Shown here: positions 1 through 10,205 of the stretch, piece after piece
How positions within the stretch are numbered: the stretch's first letter is position 1
Layout of the letters: each line of letters opens with the position of its first letter
IMG/VR virus record: IMGVR_UViG_3300010268_000007
Location: 1-30,490 of that record
DNA length: 30,490 nucleotides
Source: a virus
Taxonomy: Duplodnaviria; Caudoviricetes
Strand: one strand, 5' to 3'
Translations under genes and position numbers: made by a program
Notes under the pieces: generated by a model
Databases searched by the model: none
What the model saw: the letters and a program-made list of their open reading frames with translations, nothing else
What the model was told of the DNA's origin: nothing

Positions 1-75
1 CAGATAATCATCTGGCACTTCCTTTTGTACGATTTCCTGTCCTTCGGGTGTTAAAACTATTACATCAATTATCAT
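1..75 (-). CDS. 5' part of a small gene downstream of the tail fibre (MIIDVIVLTPEGQEIVQKEVPDDYL...), truncated by the window edge
   Basis: ATG at 75-73 overlaps the tail fibre TGA (ATGA); frame stays open to position 1. Confidence 0.6.
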   Translation of the reverse strand, partial: MIIDVIVLTPEGQEIVQKEVPDDYL

Positions 76-1157
76 TTCTTCACCCCGTAAACGTAAATTT
101 TTGAACCGCTTTTTATGCCAGACTCTCTAGTCCCAATTAGGTTTATTGTTGACAAAGCGGAAGGCGCTAGCGATGATTTGTTTACTTCAAACAGCACTCC
201 CATGCCTGTTGCATCTCCTACCGCGTCTCCATAACGACACTTATAAAAATACTGTCCAGATACCGTATTCCCATCTAGCGCGATTTCAATTTTTAAATTC
301 ATGTACCCGTTAGCTATGTTATACATATCTCCGAGACCAAGCGATGCGCTATAAAGGGATGTAGTGCCGCCCGTCATCGGGATTCCTGCATAACTGTTGG
401 TTGATATGCCGTTGAACGTAAAGCGGATTGAGTTTCTTAAATCAGTAGCCGGCAGCAGTCGCGCCTCAACAACAATTGCGGAGTATGAAGAAATACTCGG
501 TAGACTTATATCTATTTGTGTCGTGTCAGCAGATAGCGTCTGCGATATAAGCAAGTCATAGGCTTTTGGGTTCAGCATCGGCGGTATCGCTGCAAACACA
601 TCATCCGGCACAGCGTCCGCTCCGAGGCCGAATAGCATTTTTGTCTCGGTAGATGCCGTTTCTTCTTTGCTATGCGCCCCCACCTGCGCCGCCGTCACGT
701 TGTGGGGATTGTCCTCGCGGTCGGCATGTTCGGTAATCTGGGCCTGGAGCTTGCCGAGCGCCGAGAGCACGGTATCGGTGGCCGTTATGACCGCGCTTGT
801 CGCCGTGGAGAGGCCCGTCAGCGCCGTCGAGCGCACCGAGGCTGCAAAATCCGATATGTTTTCTACCTTAAGGGCAAGCCATGACTTAAACTGCGCCAGC
901 GTCTTTACGGCCCATGTCTTGGCGCCTGTGGAGACAAGCATCTGGTCGGCCTCGGTCGCCATGCTCTTAGGGATGGCAGCGTCCGCGGTTTGCTTGGCTT
1001 CCTCAGCGATAATGGCTGCGCTGGCCGCGGCGTCGGCGTTTTCTTTCAGCGCAGCGTCAATGGTCGCAAAGTCGTTGACCAGGTCCTCTCGCTTGAGGTA
1101 CTCGTTGGGCTCCCACTGGCTGAGGCCATAATTCGGCGTTTTCTTCGCACTCGGCAT
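72..1157 (-). CDS. Tail fibre / receptor-binding protein
   Basis: Follows the baseplate genes; N-terminal KTPNYGLSQW...DFATID anchor, NPHNVTAAQVGA fibre motif, divergent beta-rich C-terminus. Confidence 0.8.
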   Translation of the reverse strand: MPSAKKTPNYGLSQWEPNEYLKREDLVNDFATIDAALKENADAAASAAIIAEEAKQTADAAIPKSMATEADQMLVSTGAKTWAVKTLAQFKSWLALKVENISDFAASVRSTALTGLSTATSAVITATDTVLSALGKLQAQITEHADREDNPHNVTAAQVGAHSKEETASTETKMLFGLGADAVPDDVFAAIPPMLNPKAYDLLISQTLSADTTQIDISLPSISSYSAIVVEARLLPATDLRNSIRFTFNGISTNSYAGIPMTGGTTSLYSASLGLGDMYNIANGYMNLKIEIALDGNTVSGQYFYKCRYGDAVGDATGMGVLFEVNKSSLAPSALSTINLIGTRESGIKSGSKIYVYGVKK

Positions 1158-1161
1158 ATTA

Positions 1162-1707
1162 TCACTCCTTGTAGACTTCGAGTTCTTCCCAGGTCAGGTT
1201 GAGCGCGTCCCACTCGGCCCATGTGCGGTTGTAAGCTTCGTACATCGCCCAAGTCATAAATGTGAAGATGTAGCTATAAGCGAGATGCGCGGGCTTTATC
1301 TCCTCGATGGCGGCCGTGAGGTCGTCCATGTTTGGCGGTATTCCGAGCGTGCCGGCGAACCTTATCTCGAAACGGTGCTCCGCAGGATATACGGTTATCT
1401 CAACCTCGCCGTTGGAAAAAGCCTCGGCGACGTTTTTTATCATGGCCACCGTGGTCGTTCCGGCCCCGCGGAGCTTGGACATTATCCTGGTGCGCCGGAA
1501 ATCCTCGCTGTCTTCCGCCTTTGAGGTTATGGCAAGGTCTCGCTCCCAGAGCTTAAGGCCCCATGTGGCGGTCGAGACGTTGAGCTGCTCCATAAGCTCG
1601 TCCCGGGCCTTCCAAAGAGCTGCAACCTGCTTTTCGATGGCTTCCTGGATGCTCACGACCTCCGGCGAATTTGAATAGAAATCGGGCAGGTAATCGATAA
1701 GCTTCAT
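1162..1707 (-). CDS. Baseplate wedge protein, YmfQ/DUF2313 (XkdU-like)
   Basis: YLPDFY, TATWGLKLWE and IEEIKPAHL motifs; position after baseplate J. Confidence 0.85.
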   Translation of the reverse strand: MKLIDYLPDFYSNSPEVVSIQEAIEKQVAALWKARDELMEQLNVSTATWGLKLWERDLAITSKAEDSEDFRRTRIMSKLRGAGTTTVAMIKNVAEAFSNGEVEITVYPAEHRFEIRFAGTLGIPPNMDDLTAAIEEIKPAHLAYSYIFTFMTWAMYEAYNRTWAEWDALNLTWEELEVYKE

Positions 1708-2747
1708 GTTACGGTCACCGTCCCAAGCACCGGCACTTGACTCTCGGCGATGGTGATGTTGCCGGTTCCGCCGTTTATCTTGAGCGAGGTGAAGTCGACA
1801 ACGCCGTCGATGTCAAGCAGGAAGAAGGCAACCCGGTTATACAGCAGCGTGTAGCCTTTGAACGCCAGACTTTTCAGATACGTGTCCAATTTGGACACAA
1901 GCTGCTCCTGCACCTTGGCCTTCGTAGTGGTCGAGTCGATTGTCACGGCCGCCTCGACGTTGATGGTAAGGCCCTCGGCGCTCTCGACCGTGACTATCGC
2001 GCCTATCGGCGACTCCTCGGCGATATGCAGGGCGCAGGCGGAAACGACGGACTCGTCCACCGGCTGCTTCTCGGGGCCTACGAGCAGCACCTTTACGGTA
2101 CCGGGCCCCTCCCATAGGGGCAGCACCTTGGCGTCGCCCACGCCGTTGACTTCAAGCGCCCACTGGCGGTAATGATAGGCGTTTCCGGAGGTAGCCGGGG
2201 TCTGCCGGCGGGCGTTGAGCCTGGCCAGGAGAGCCTCGTCCGTCTCGGGGTCCGTGCCGCCGGACGCCGCGGCGTTTGTAAATGATGTAAGCCCCGGGAT
2301 AGCCCTGACAATGCTGGTTATCTCGCCGGCATCGACGTTGTATGCCTCGCCGACGTTTACGGCCTCAAGTAATCCGGTACCGGCGCCGTCCACAAGCGTA
2401 ACCTGCTCCTTCAGCCGGAACTCGAGCCCTCCGGCCGTAAGGAAGGCCGTGCCTGCGGGAATTACGGCGCCGCTGGAGCCGGTAAAGTTTATCTCCGCAG
2501 TTGCTTTCGTGCCGGCCTTCCGCTTGATGCCGTATTCCTCGCAGCGCTTGTCTATGTAGGGACCGCTCGTCTCGTCGACAAAGGCTATCGGAATCAGGGC
2601 TTTTAGGGATTGGTAGCATTTCCAGAGCTCCATAGCCACCGGCGTTATCATTTCGTTGAGAAAGGACCCCTCGCGTGTGTCGAGGTTGGTGTCGATGGCG
2701 GCTAGAATATTGGCCTTAATCGACTCGGGAGTGATATTTTCAAACAC
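1704..2747 (-). CDS. Baseplate J/gp47 family protein (XkdT-like)
   Basis: DTREGS, GGTDPETDEAL, SGNAYHYRQWALEVNGVG and GPGTVKV motifs. Confidence 0.93.
   Translation of the reverse strand: MFENITPESIKANILAAIDTNLDTREGSFLNEMITPVAMELWKCYQSLKALIPIAFVDETSGPYIDKRCEEYGIKRKAGTKATAEINFTGSSGAVIPAGTAFLTAGGLEFRLKEQVTLVDGAGTGLLEAVNVGEAYNVDAGEITSIVRAIPGLTSFTNAAASGGTDPETDEALLARLNARRQTPATSGNAYHYRQWALEVNGVGDAKVLPLWEGPGTVKVLLVGPEKQPVDESVVSACALHIAEESPIGAIVTVESAEGLTINVEAAVTIDSTTTKAKVQEQLVSKLDTYLKSLAFKGYTLLYNRVAFFLLDIDGVVDFTSLKINGGTGNITIAESQVPVLGTVTVT
1882..1898. repeat. Dispersed 17-bp palindrome, copy 1 (GTGTCCAATTTGGACAC), inside baseplate J
   Basis: Exact match to the copies at 16623 and 28738. Confidence 0.9.
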
Positions 2748-3165
2748 TGGCGCTCACCTCGCTATCGCCGTAAATTGTGTTTACTTTACAGGTTATGGAC
2801 AGCTTTCCGTTGTCAAAGTCAACGGAAATGTCGTCAACGCTCGTTATATAGGGATTAATCATCAGGGCCTCGCGGACGTACCTTATGGCCTCGGCGCGCT
2901 TGAGCTCCTCCGAATACGGCTGCCCGATAAGGTAGTGGAGCTCCGTGCCGTAGTCGCGGGAGTACATTTCGTACCGGAAGCGGGGCACGTGCAGCGCTTT
3001 CCAGGCCCAGACCTTTACAGCCTCCCTCCCGCTCACTATGACCGGAGAGCCGCGCTCAAAGCGCGGGGTATTGGTTTCGTAGTCCCAGGCGACCTCTCTG
3101 TATAGGGGTAAAGCCGTTGACTTTACAGCCTGCGGGGCGTCGATAATCGGGAACAGCGTGCTCAT
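2740..3165 (-). CDS. Baseplate protein DUF2634 (XkdS-like)
   Basis: EVAWDY, EAVKVWAWKAL, RFRYEMYSRDYGTEL and VNTIYG motifs. Confidence 0.88.
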   Translation of the reverse strand: MSTLFPIIDAPQAVKSTALPLYREVAWDYETNTPRFERGSPVIVSGREAVKVWAWKALHVPRFRYEMYSRDYGTELHYLIGQPYSEELKRAEAIRYVREALMINPYITSVDDISVDFDNGKLSITCKVNTIYGDSEVSASV

Positions 3166-3443
3166 GCGCTCACCACCTTGCAGATTATGATGTAGCGCTG
3201 CGCTTCATCGATTGGAAGCATCAGCAGCTGGTCGCCGGCCGCAAAGCCGAGAGGGTCGAGCTCGGTGTTTAAAAGCAGGTCCTCCCGCTCCTGCAGCGTG
3301 CCGCCGACGGCGACTATCAAGGGCCTGTCCGGATTGTCCTCGTCCGGCGCCGTTATGACCTTGCCAAGCGTCAGGTCGCCTATAGAGCTCGACGCCTGAT
3401 GCTTGAGCATTTCCGCCAGCTTAAAATACGGATTGTCTTCCAT
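3162..3443 (-). CDS. Baseplate spike-region protein (DUF2577/XkdR-like)
   Basis: Size, synteny, and C-terminal GDQLLMLP...QRYIIICKV. Confidence 0.75.
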   Translation of the reverse strand: MEDNPYFKLAEMLKHQASSSIGDLTLGKVITAPDEDNPDRPLIVAVGGTLQEREDLLLNTELDPLGFAAGDQLLMLPIDEAQRYIIICKVVSA

Positions 3444-3454
3444 CCTGACGCCTC

Positions 3455-4480
3455 CTAGAACGTGATTTTGGATTTGCCGCCGCCGCTTCCGCTGCCGCCT
3501 GCGACCGGCAGGCTTCCGGCCTCCGCCTCGTCCATGATGTTGCGGAAGTTCAGGACCAAGCGATTTTGATAGACTCCGTTCCTCCAGGTGTGGGTGTCGT
3601 TATCTATCCAGAAAAGACCGTAAAGCCCTGTGACAGGCTCCTGCAGCACGACGCAGTTGCCGGATATAAGCGAGGGGTCGCCGAGGTTTGTAACGGTTAT
3701 TTTTTGCACTAGTCCGTTGTCGTCGATAAGCTTTTGGGCCTTGGCGCCGGTGTCCTCCCCCTCTTGGCGTCTCAGCACCGTCTGCATGAGGCCGTAGAGC
3801 TTGATTGCGTTGGCATCTTCGCGTATGGCCACCTGGTTGTCGTTTTCGTCTGTAATCACGACGCGGTTAATCATGGTCTCGAGCGTCTCGGTCACCGACA
3901 CCGACAGCAGGTTCGCCCCGGGTTTCAGCACCGGCGTGCTGCTGTCCGGCTCCTTGGCTATCACATCGAGCGCCGCGCCGCGGAAGCGAAGCATATATTT
4001 CTTTCCGGTCTCAAGCGAGGCGAGCGTGTAGGCCGTCTGAATGATGGAGTAAAGCCTTGTCCCCGGGAAGTTCCGGCTGATTGTGACGCCGGTTTTGGCG
4101 ATATTCCCGGCCTCTATGCCGAAATCGGTGCATATCATGGCAGTTATCGCCTCGGGGGTCATGCTTCTGAACTTGTAGCTCGCCTCGTTGCGGTTGAGAT
4201 AGAAGCCGCGGTCCGCGCAGGTAAAGCTCTTTGTGTTTTTGCCGTCGAAGCGGCGGGAGAATATAAAGCCGTCAAAGCGCAGGCTGCCGTCTATGTATAG
4301 CTGCACACGGTTTCCCAGCTCTGCGTTGATGGCAGGTAGGCGCTTGTCCACGCTCGACGTCACAAGGTCGAACTCGAGCGTGCGCGCGCACTGGTTGTAG
4401 CCGCCCGACCAGGTGAGCGACTGGACAAGAGGCGTTGCGTCGCTGGTGCCGGTGATAAGCAGGGTAAGATTCTCCGTCAT
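3455..4480 (-). CDS. Baseplate hub protein (XkdQ/YqbQ-like)
   Basis: SLTWSGG...ARTLEF and IKLYGLMQ motifs; start reassigned to ATG 4480, which overlaps the upstream stop (ATGA). Confidence 0.88.
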   Translation of the reverse strand: MTENLTLLITGTSDATPLVQSLTWSGGYNQCARTLEFDLVTSSVDKRLPAINAELGNRVQLYIDGSLRFDGFIFSRRFDGKNTKSFTCADRGFYLNRNEASYKFRSMTPEAITAMICTDFGIEAGNIAKTGVTISRNFPGTRLYSIIQTAYTLASLETGKKYMLRFRGAALDVIAKEPDSSTPVLKPGANLLSVSVTETLETMINRVVITDENDNQVAIREDANAIKLYGLMQTVLRRQEGEDTGAKAQKLIDDNGLVQKITVTNLGDPSLISGNCVVLQEPVTGLYGLFWIDNDTHTWRNGVYQNRLVLNFRNIMDEAEAGSLPVAGGSGSGGGKSKITF

Positions 4481-5115
4481 ACAGTCACCGCCCTGCGCGG
4501 AATGGTTAGCACCTGTCCCGTGAAAATCAGATGCGGGTTCTTTATTCCGTTGGCTTCGGCAATAAGGGGATATAGTGAAGCATCGCCATAAAATCGGCGG
4601 GCAAGCCCGGAGAGCGTGTCGCCGGCCTGCACGATATAGGTCTCCTGCATCGTCGGCTCGGCCTCGACGCTTCTTTTGGCGTTCCCCGTTCTGCCGTCTA
4701 TGGCAGGGGCAAGCTCGCGGTAGCCGCGCATCGTTATGGTACAGTAGACGTCGTTGGTACCGTCCTGCTCGGTGTAGCTGATAGGGTCCAGGATGACAGG
4801 CTCGTTGACCGGGGTGTCGCTGACGATAAAGCGCAGCACCGTGCCGGCCTCCGACCATTTTTTCAGCCGGTCTATGTAATAGAACGGCTCAAGCACCGCC
4901 CCGGGCAGCACAAAGGGATAGGCGTGGGCCGGGAAGAGGCACACGATAGCCTCGTCCAGCAGTGTTATGTTGCCGGGGAGGTTGATGTCGCCTGTGGAGA
5001 GCATTTCAAGCGTCACGGCCTTTCGGCCGCAGCTTATCCTGTAAGACCGAGGCGTCACCGGCAGCATAAGCTCCGCGCCGGTTTCGGTGTCTTTGAAAAT
5101 GAATCTTCTGAGCAT
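4477..5115 (-). CDS. LysM-domain tail tube initiator (XkdP-like)
   Basis: LPVTP N-terminus; C-terminal Lys[19 protein letters not shown]...[10 protein letters not shown]. Confidence 0.92.
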   Translation of the reverse strand: MLRRFIFKDTETGAELMLPVTPRSYRISCGRKAVTLEMLSTGDINLPGNITLLDEAIVCLFPAHAYPFVLPGAVLEPFYYIDRLKKWSEAGTVLRFIVSDTPVNEPVILDPISYTEQDGTNDVYCTITMRGYRELAPAIDGRTGNAKRSVEAEPTMQETYIVQAGDTLSGLARRFYGDASLYPLIAEANGIKNPHLIFTGQVLTIPRRAVTV

Positions 5116-5129
5116 GGAAGCGCCCCTCC

Positions 5130-7163
5130 TTAGCTTGGCACAACAAGTTCAAGCGCATGGACGAGCTTTCGGGCAATTTCCTCTGCGACCTCTTCGGGGC
5201 CGTAGGGGCCGCTGAAGGAGTTTCCGGTAACCGTAATGGTTATACCTCCGGTCAGGCCCGCTCTGCCGTTCCTCGCCTCGCTGGCCGTCTGCACGCGCTC
5301 GCCCTCGTGAAGATAGTAGAATCCGTCTCTCGGTACTCTATCAAGGCCGAAGGCGTAGCTGCCGCCAGTGGAAAGCAGGTTGCCGTACAAATCGTAGAGG
5401 CTGTTGCCGAGGTAATAGGTGGCGTCGCTGTTGAACGCCATCCCGATGTCCTCTTTCATGCGTTCAAGCATGCCGGCAGCCCGTCCTTTCGAGAACATCT
5501 GGCCTTTTTTGTAACCGGCGTTCCAGTAGGCGTCATCGGTGGCCGTGTCGTCCCGGATAGCTTCGGCAAGGGAAATTTCTGACTGTATGGCTAGCTTTGC
5601 TCCGTCTGAGGCGTTGTATCTATTTATGCCCTTGACTTTGGCAGCCATGATTATTTCACCCATTTTGGCTGCGTCCCCGGTTTCTTTTGCTGTGATGTAC
5701 TCCTCGGACTGCATCGCTTCGGCGATGGCGTCGCGGATATACTGTTCCCTCTGGTTCTCAAGCTCGGCCTTCCATGCGCCGATGGCGGAGTAGGCCTCCT
5801 GCATTGCGGCGCCGTTTTCTCCGGAGAGGAAATCGATTTCTGCCTGCAGACCCTCTTTGCGCTTCTCGATGTAGCCTGCACCCATAGCGTTCTCAAGCTC
5901 GGCCTGCGCGTCTTCGAGGGTCGAAGTTAGGCCGGAATAGGTCTCAGCCTGTATCTGCATGCTGCCGCCGTAGAGCTCCTCAAACTTCCTAAGTATCAGA
6001 TTGGCCGTCGATATGCCGGAGATGTTGCCTCTGGATAACTGGTCGTAGACTTCCTCAATCGACATCCCGGTGGCTTCGGCTATCCACTGGAAGACGGCGA
6101 AGCCGCGCTCGTTAAGCGGGTTGAGGTATTGGAGCGTCGCCTTGTCCGAGGATTTCATGCGGCCGATGTATGTGGCGACCGATGAGATATCGGCCGGGCT
6201 GAGGCCGAGAGCGGCGCCAGCGTCGCCGATTTTGGTGAGGGTAGGGATAATATCTTCGACCGCGTAGCCGAAGGTTGTGAGCGTCTTGCTGAGGCTAGTC
6301 AGGGTATCGTACTCAAAAGGCGTCTTCTCGGCGAACTCTCTGATGTCTTCGAGGAAGGCGCTCGCCCGTTCGCGCCCGCCGAGAAGGGTCATGAAGGAGA
6401 TGAGGTCCATCTCGCGCTGCGCCGCAATCGTGGTGCCGCTTGAGAGAATTGACAGCAACTCGCCGGTAACGGTGTTATGAGCCTCCTGGACATAGGCCTT
6501 GAAGGCCTCGTCCTGGCTCTGGTAGTTTTGTATGGCGCCGTTGATAAGCCCGATGGCGCCTCCTACGGCCGTGCCGACAAGCGTGCCGATGCCGGGCAGG
6601 ATGCTGCCTAGAGCGGCGCCTGCCGTGGCGCCGGATAGGGTGGATGAGAAATAGCCGGCGACCTGGCTGCCGAACATCGAGCCTACCAGAACATTCGCGG
6701 CCTGCGCGGCCGTATCGCCGAGCATCTTGGTAATGCCTGCTTTCGCAAGGGCGCCAAGTATGCCGCTGTCGCCGGTGCTCATATTGTTTGCTTTCCTTAT
6801 ATCCTCGGTGTACGAGTGGAAAGCCCGCTGTGTATTGCGGATGGCGTACTCGGTGTCCTTTAGCTGGGTTTTAAGGCTTATTTGCTTCTCTATAGCGGCG
6901 TTGAGGGCGTTTTTGCTAACCTCGTCGCCGTATTTCTTATATGCCTTCTGTGCTTCGTTTACTTCGTCGGTGCTTTCCTTTATGGCTGTTTTCAGGGCGG
7001 CGGCGTCTTTAACAAGGTCCTGGATGCGCTTGGTGTAGGCAAGGCAGCGCTGCTCGGTCTCCTGGAGCGTCTTATTGAAAGCCTGGTTGGAATTTGAGAT
7101 TGTCGCAAGACCCGGTGAAACCTTGTCTATAAGCTTAAGCACAATTCCGGTTTCTTCAGCCAT
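5130..7163 (-). CDS. Tape measure protein
   Basis: Coiled-coil N-terminus, Gly/Ala-rich hydrophobic segment, tape-measure core FAEKTPFE...[16 protein letters not shown] motif; ATG at 7163. Confidence 0.92.
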   Translation of the reverse strand: MAEETGIVLKLIDKVSPGLATISNSNQAFNKTLQETEQRCLAYTKRIQDLVKDAAALKTAIKESTDEVNEAQKAYKKYGDEVSKNALNAAIEKQISLKTQLKDTEYAIRNTQRAFHSYTEDIRKANNMSTGDSGILGALAKAGITKMLGDTAAQAANVLVGSMFGSQVAGYFSSTLSGATAGAALGSILPGIGTLVGTAVGGAIGLINGAIQNYQSQDEAFKAYVQEAHNTVTGELLSILSSGTTIAAQREMDLISFMTLLGGRERASAFLEDIREFAEKTPFEYDTLTSLSKTLTTFGYAVEDIIPTLTKIGDAGAALGLSPADISSVATYIGRMKSSDKATLQYLNPLNERGFAVFQWIAEATGMSIEEVYDQLSRGNISGISTANLILRKFEELYGGSMQIQAETYSGLTSTLEDAQAELENAMGAGYIEKRKEGLQAEIDFLSGENGAAMQEAYSAIGAWKAELENQREQYIRDAIAEAMQSEEYITAKETGDAAKMGEIIMAAKVKGINRYNASDGAKLAIQSEISLAEAIRDDTATDDAYWNAGYKKGQMFSKGRAAGMLERMKEDIGMAFNSDATYYLGNSLYDLYGNLLSTGGSYAFGLDRVPRDGFYYLHEGERVQTASEARNGRAGLTGGITITVTGNSFSGPYGPEEVAEEIARKLVHALELVVPS

Positions 7164-7165
7164 TA

Positions 7166-7333
7166 TCAGCACCCCCTTGATTTCCTTCTTTGCTCCGCCT
7201 CATAGGACGCCAGCGCCAGAATTAGGTCACGCTCACCGGGCGGCTTGTTGTAATAGTCGCTCGGCGCCCAGCCTTTGTAATGAAACAGGTAATAGATAAG
7301 CTCTAATTCCGGGTCGCTGCCGTCCTCTAGGCG
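7166..7333 (-). CDS. -1 frameshift extension of the tail assembly chaperone (gpT-like; RLEDGSDPELELIYYLFHYKGWAPSDYYNKPPGERDLILALASYEAEQRRKSRGC)
   Basis: A-AAA-AAC slippery heptamer at 7339-7333; the -1 frame is open to TGA 7168-7166 and fills the gap before the tape measure gene. Confidence 0.8.
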   Translation of the reverse strand, partial: RLEDGSDPELELIYYLFHYKGWAPSDYYNKPPGERDLILALASYEAEQRRKSRGC

Positions 7334-7716
7334 TTTTTTACTTCTTCAATCGTGGCCGTGCGATAGCCGCAAAGGCGCTCTATAGCCCGGGAGAGGTCCT
7401 CAATCTCGCCGGGCAGGAGCATAGCCTTAAGAGTTTCCGCTGGCGTGACGCCGCCGAAGCGCTGGGAGAGCTCGGGGGCTCTCAGGTTGGGGTCGACCAC
7501 GCCCGCAAGCACTATCTGGATGCTCAAATCGTCGCCCATACCCGACCGGAGCTCGTCGATTTTCCCGTATGGCAGGGCCCTGAGCGTAAATACGACGTCT
7601 TCGCCCAGCAGCTCCGAAAGCCTTTTGATTCTATACTTGGCCGTCGGGAGTTCCTTCTGGACGTTTGGCAGCTCAGGCTTTAGCAGCATGTCAAGTACGC
7701 TTTTGCTTTTATCCAT
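7327..7716 (-). CDS. Tail assembly chaperone (XkdN-like)
   Basis: Between tube and tape measure; LLPGEI motif; ends IEEVKN. Confidence 0.9.
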   Translation of the reverse strand: MDKSKSVLDMLLKPELPNVQKELPTAKYRIKRLSELLGEDVVFTLRALPYGKIDELRSGMGDDLSIQIVLAGVVDPNLRAPELSQRFGGVTPAETLKAMLLPGEIEDLSRAIERLCGYRTATIEEVKNA

Positions 7717-7730
7717 ACATGGAACCCTCC

Positions 7731-8159
7731 TTAGGGAGTTATGACGTCAAGAAATTCGTGGTCGGTGAATGTAAAAGGCATTTCGACCTTGACGGCATTC
7801 TTTGCCTCCCAGTCGGCAAGGGTGAGGTCGTCGAAGGAAACATTCTTTACGGCCACACGCTCGGCGCCGTAGGCGTCGGGGTCTTTTAGAAGCGATATGA
7901 CTGTAAAGCGCGGGTCTTTTCCGTTCTTTATGGCGTCGCCAACGAGCACGGCGGCCCTAGAATAGACTTTATGGAGCCGCAGGGAGCCGGTGCCCTTGAT
8001 GGACGTTATCTTTGAGTCCGTGGCGAGCTGCCCGCAGAGCTGAACATCTTCTTTGCTGAAAGTGTACTTCGCCTGAAAGCCGTAGCACTCGGCTATAAGC
8101 TCGCCTTCGAGCCATATCTGGCCGTAGGTACCGTTAATCACTCTTTTTGCAGAGTCCAT
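7731..8159 (-). CDS. Tail tube protein (XkdM-like)
   Basis: VINGTYGQIW, DPDAYGAERV, FDDLTLADWE and PFTF motifs. Confidence 0.93.
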   Translation of the reverse strand: MDSAKRVINGTYGQIWLEGELIAECYGFQAKYTFSKEDVQLCGQLATDSKITSIKGTGSLRLHKVYSRAAVLVGDAIKNGKDPRFTVISLLKDPDAYGAERVAVKNVSFDDLTLADWEAKNAVKVEMPFTFTDHEFLDVITP

Positions 8160-8171
8160 AATCCAGCCTCC

Positions 8172-9236
8172 TTAAATTGTGATGGCCAGGGCGATATCCT
8201 CGATGGCGTCGAGGATGGAGATAGTCGCCTTGAGGAGCACCTGGTCGTCCGTGTTGTACTCCTTAATCTCCTGCTCCGACATGTCGGACGTGTCGATGCC
8301 CTTGCTCTGCAGATAGGCTTCCTGGGCCTCGACGTCGATGCCTACGCTCGAGCCGCCGCTTCTCAGGATACCGGCCTGCTCCAGCGTTTTGAAATAGTCG
8401 CTGATGGCCGTGCAGAGCACCATCTTGTTGTCGTAGGTGTTGGCGTACTTGCCTATGTAGGTGTCCTGGGCGGTCCTCGTGATGTCCCTGCGTATCATGT
8501 CGACGGCTTCGACAATTTTGATTTTCTTGAAGCTGGGTCCCTTGCTGTCGCTTGTGGTCTGCAGGGAATTTACGCCGCGGGCGACTTTGACCTTCTGGCC
8601 GTCGTGCATCAGGATGAGCTTTCCGGCGTCTATTGCCTCGTCCATCTCGTCCTTGGTGAGGCGTTTGATGTCAGTGAGCTCGGGCAGGGGCGCGTAGGTG
8701 CAGGAAATGTTCATGGGCGTGCCGGCAATCAGGCCGGCGATGCGGGCACAGTAGGCCGCGGTGGTGTAGGTGTTGGTCCCGTCGGTCATGCCCTCGGCGG
8801 CGAAGTTTATGATTGCCTCGCTGTCGGCGGCCTTGTCGGGCAGTACGGCCTTGTAGATGGCGCCGGCCGCGCGCTGGGCTGTTATCCAAGTTGCGATTTC
8901 CGCCGCCTGCGTCGCATCGCAGTCCGGCGCGCCGACGAGATAGTCAAACTGCTGCGTCGCAAAATAGTCGAGCGCCTCGGAATAATCCTCCGCATCGGCC
9001 TCCAGCACATAGGCAATAACCTTGCGCGGCGGCGTCACATAGCCGAGAAATGCCTGCCGCAGATATGTCTTATTGGCTGCCGAGAGCGCGGTGGGTATCT
9101 GGCTGACGTTGGTGAGAATATGCGCGCCAGTAGCGGCGGAGTCTTTCAGAATGACCGCCACGACGCCCTTCTGCGACCGGGCTATGGAATTGCGGGCCGC
9201 GGTTGAAAATGTGATATTGATGTTAGGCAGTCCCAT
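8172..9236 (-). CDS. Tail sheath protein (XkdK-like)
   Basis: MGLPNINITF start (ATG 9236); ARIAGLIAG, KVARGVNSL, KIKIVEAVD and DAIEDI motifs. Confidence 0.93.
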   Translation of the reverse strand: MGLPNINITFSTAARNSIARSQKGVVAVILKDSAATGAHILTNVSQIPTALSAANKTYLRQAFLGYVTPPRKVIAYVLEADAEDYSEALDYFATQQFDYLVGAPDCDATQAAEIATWITAQRAAGAIYKAVLPDKAADSEAIINFAAEGMTDGTNTYTTAAYCARIAGLIAGTPMNISCTYAPLPELTDIKRLTKDEMDEAIDAGKLILMHDGQKVKVARGVNSLQTTSDSKGPSFKKIKIVEAVDMIRRDITRTAQDTYIGKYANTYDNKMVLCTAISDYFKTLEQAGILRSGGSSVGIDVEAQEAYLQSKGIDTSDMSEQEIKEYNTDDQVLLKATISILDAIEDIALAITI

Positions 9237-9238
9237 AA

Positions 9239-9688
9239 CTACGATTCCTCCTTTATCGTTGTGTGTACCGCGCCCATCAGCGGCCACTCGTCCGTTGAGG
9301 GCTGGTCGTCCCTGTACCGGAGTATGATTTCGACTGTGGCATAATCAAAAAAGCACTGGCCCTTGTTGGAGATTACATGGAGCGCTCTATCCTGGGTCTT
9401 AAGATAGCCGGCGAAGAACAGCTCTTGGACGGACATCATCCGCGCCTCCAGCTCCTCGACGTGGCTGTTGTGGTAGGCGTCCACATTGGTGAAGCAGGTT
9501 ATCGCTAAGGTCACCTCAAGCTCAACAAGGCCGAGGGAAGCGTCGGTAATGGACGTCGACCCAATTTCAATCAGAAATGACGGCCTCGAGAATTCCTGAG
9601 GCACCATATTGTGATACACCTTCTCGCCGGGAAAGCGCTCGTTCAGTAATGCCTCAGCGGCTTCCCTTATGCTCTTTAGATTCAGCAT
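9239..9688 (-). CDS. Tail terminator / completion protein
   Basis: VPQEFSRPSFLI motif; position before the sheath; ATG 9688. Confidence 0.75.
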   Translation of the reverse strand: MLNLKSIREAAEALLNERFPGEKVYHNMVPQEFSRPSFLIEIGSTSITDASLGLVELEVTLAITCFTNVDAYHNSHVEELEARMMSVQELFFAGYLKTQDRALHVISNKGQCFFDYATVEIILRYRDDQPSTDEWPLMGAVHTTIKEES

Positions 9689-9698
9689 TATTTCACCC

Positions 9699-10205
9699 CT
9701 ATACGTCATAGCCCTGGTCGTACAGCATATTTTCTATCTGCACAAGCACCTTCTCGGCTGCTTTTTTCGCCTCTTTATTAGCCTTGGTGCGGGCTTCCCT
9801 GTAAAAATAGCGTCCACGCACAAAAACGTTTCCCTTAGCTCCGATTCCGGCGGCAGTTATCCTCGGCTGGTATCGTTTGGCCCTGCCTGAAGGCCCCCTT
9901 GCGGCATGCCCGCGGTCGAGGTATCTTGTAATTTTCTTAGACATCAGGCCTTTCCCGGGTACATCGACAACCGCCGGGGCAATCGCGACATAGCCTCCGC
10001 CGCTGCCAACGCGGTATTGTTGCCAGCCGCGGACATGGAAGCGGTCGTCGCGGATGCCGGAACCAATAATCTGGCTCCTGACTTCCTGTAAAACCGTCTT
10101 GCCGGCTTCTTCAAGAATCCGGCGCTTGGCGTCTGGGAAAGCTTTAATCACGTTGTCCCAGGCTGCCATGAACTTGTCCCATCCGCTTTTGTCGAGTGAT
10201 AACAC
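9699..10205 (-). CDS. Neck protein, HK97 gp10-like
   Basis: YRVGSGGGYVAI, ITRYLDRGH and FVRGRYFY motifs; synteny. Confidence 0.75.
   Translation of the reverse strand: MLSLDKSGWDKFMAAWDNVIKAFPDAKRRILEEAGKTVLQEVRSQIIGSGIRDDRFHVRGWQQYRVGSGGGYVAIAPAVVDVPGKGLMSKKITRYLDRGHAARGPSGRAKRYQPRITAAGIGAKGNVFVRGRYFYREARTKANKEAKKAAEKVLVQIENMLYDQGYDV

Noticed and set aside
72-600. Diversity-generating retroelement or shufflon target in the tail fibre
   Set aside because: No reverse transcriptase, template repeat or invertase in the window; cannot be excluded beyond the left edge
4481-4858. N-terminal extension of the 467-aa ORF
   Set aside because: Overlaps the LysM gene in another frame; ATG 4480 gives a normal coupled start
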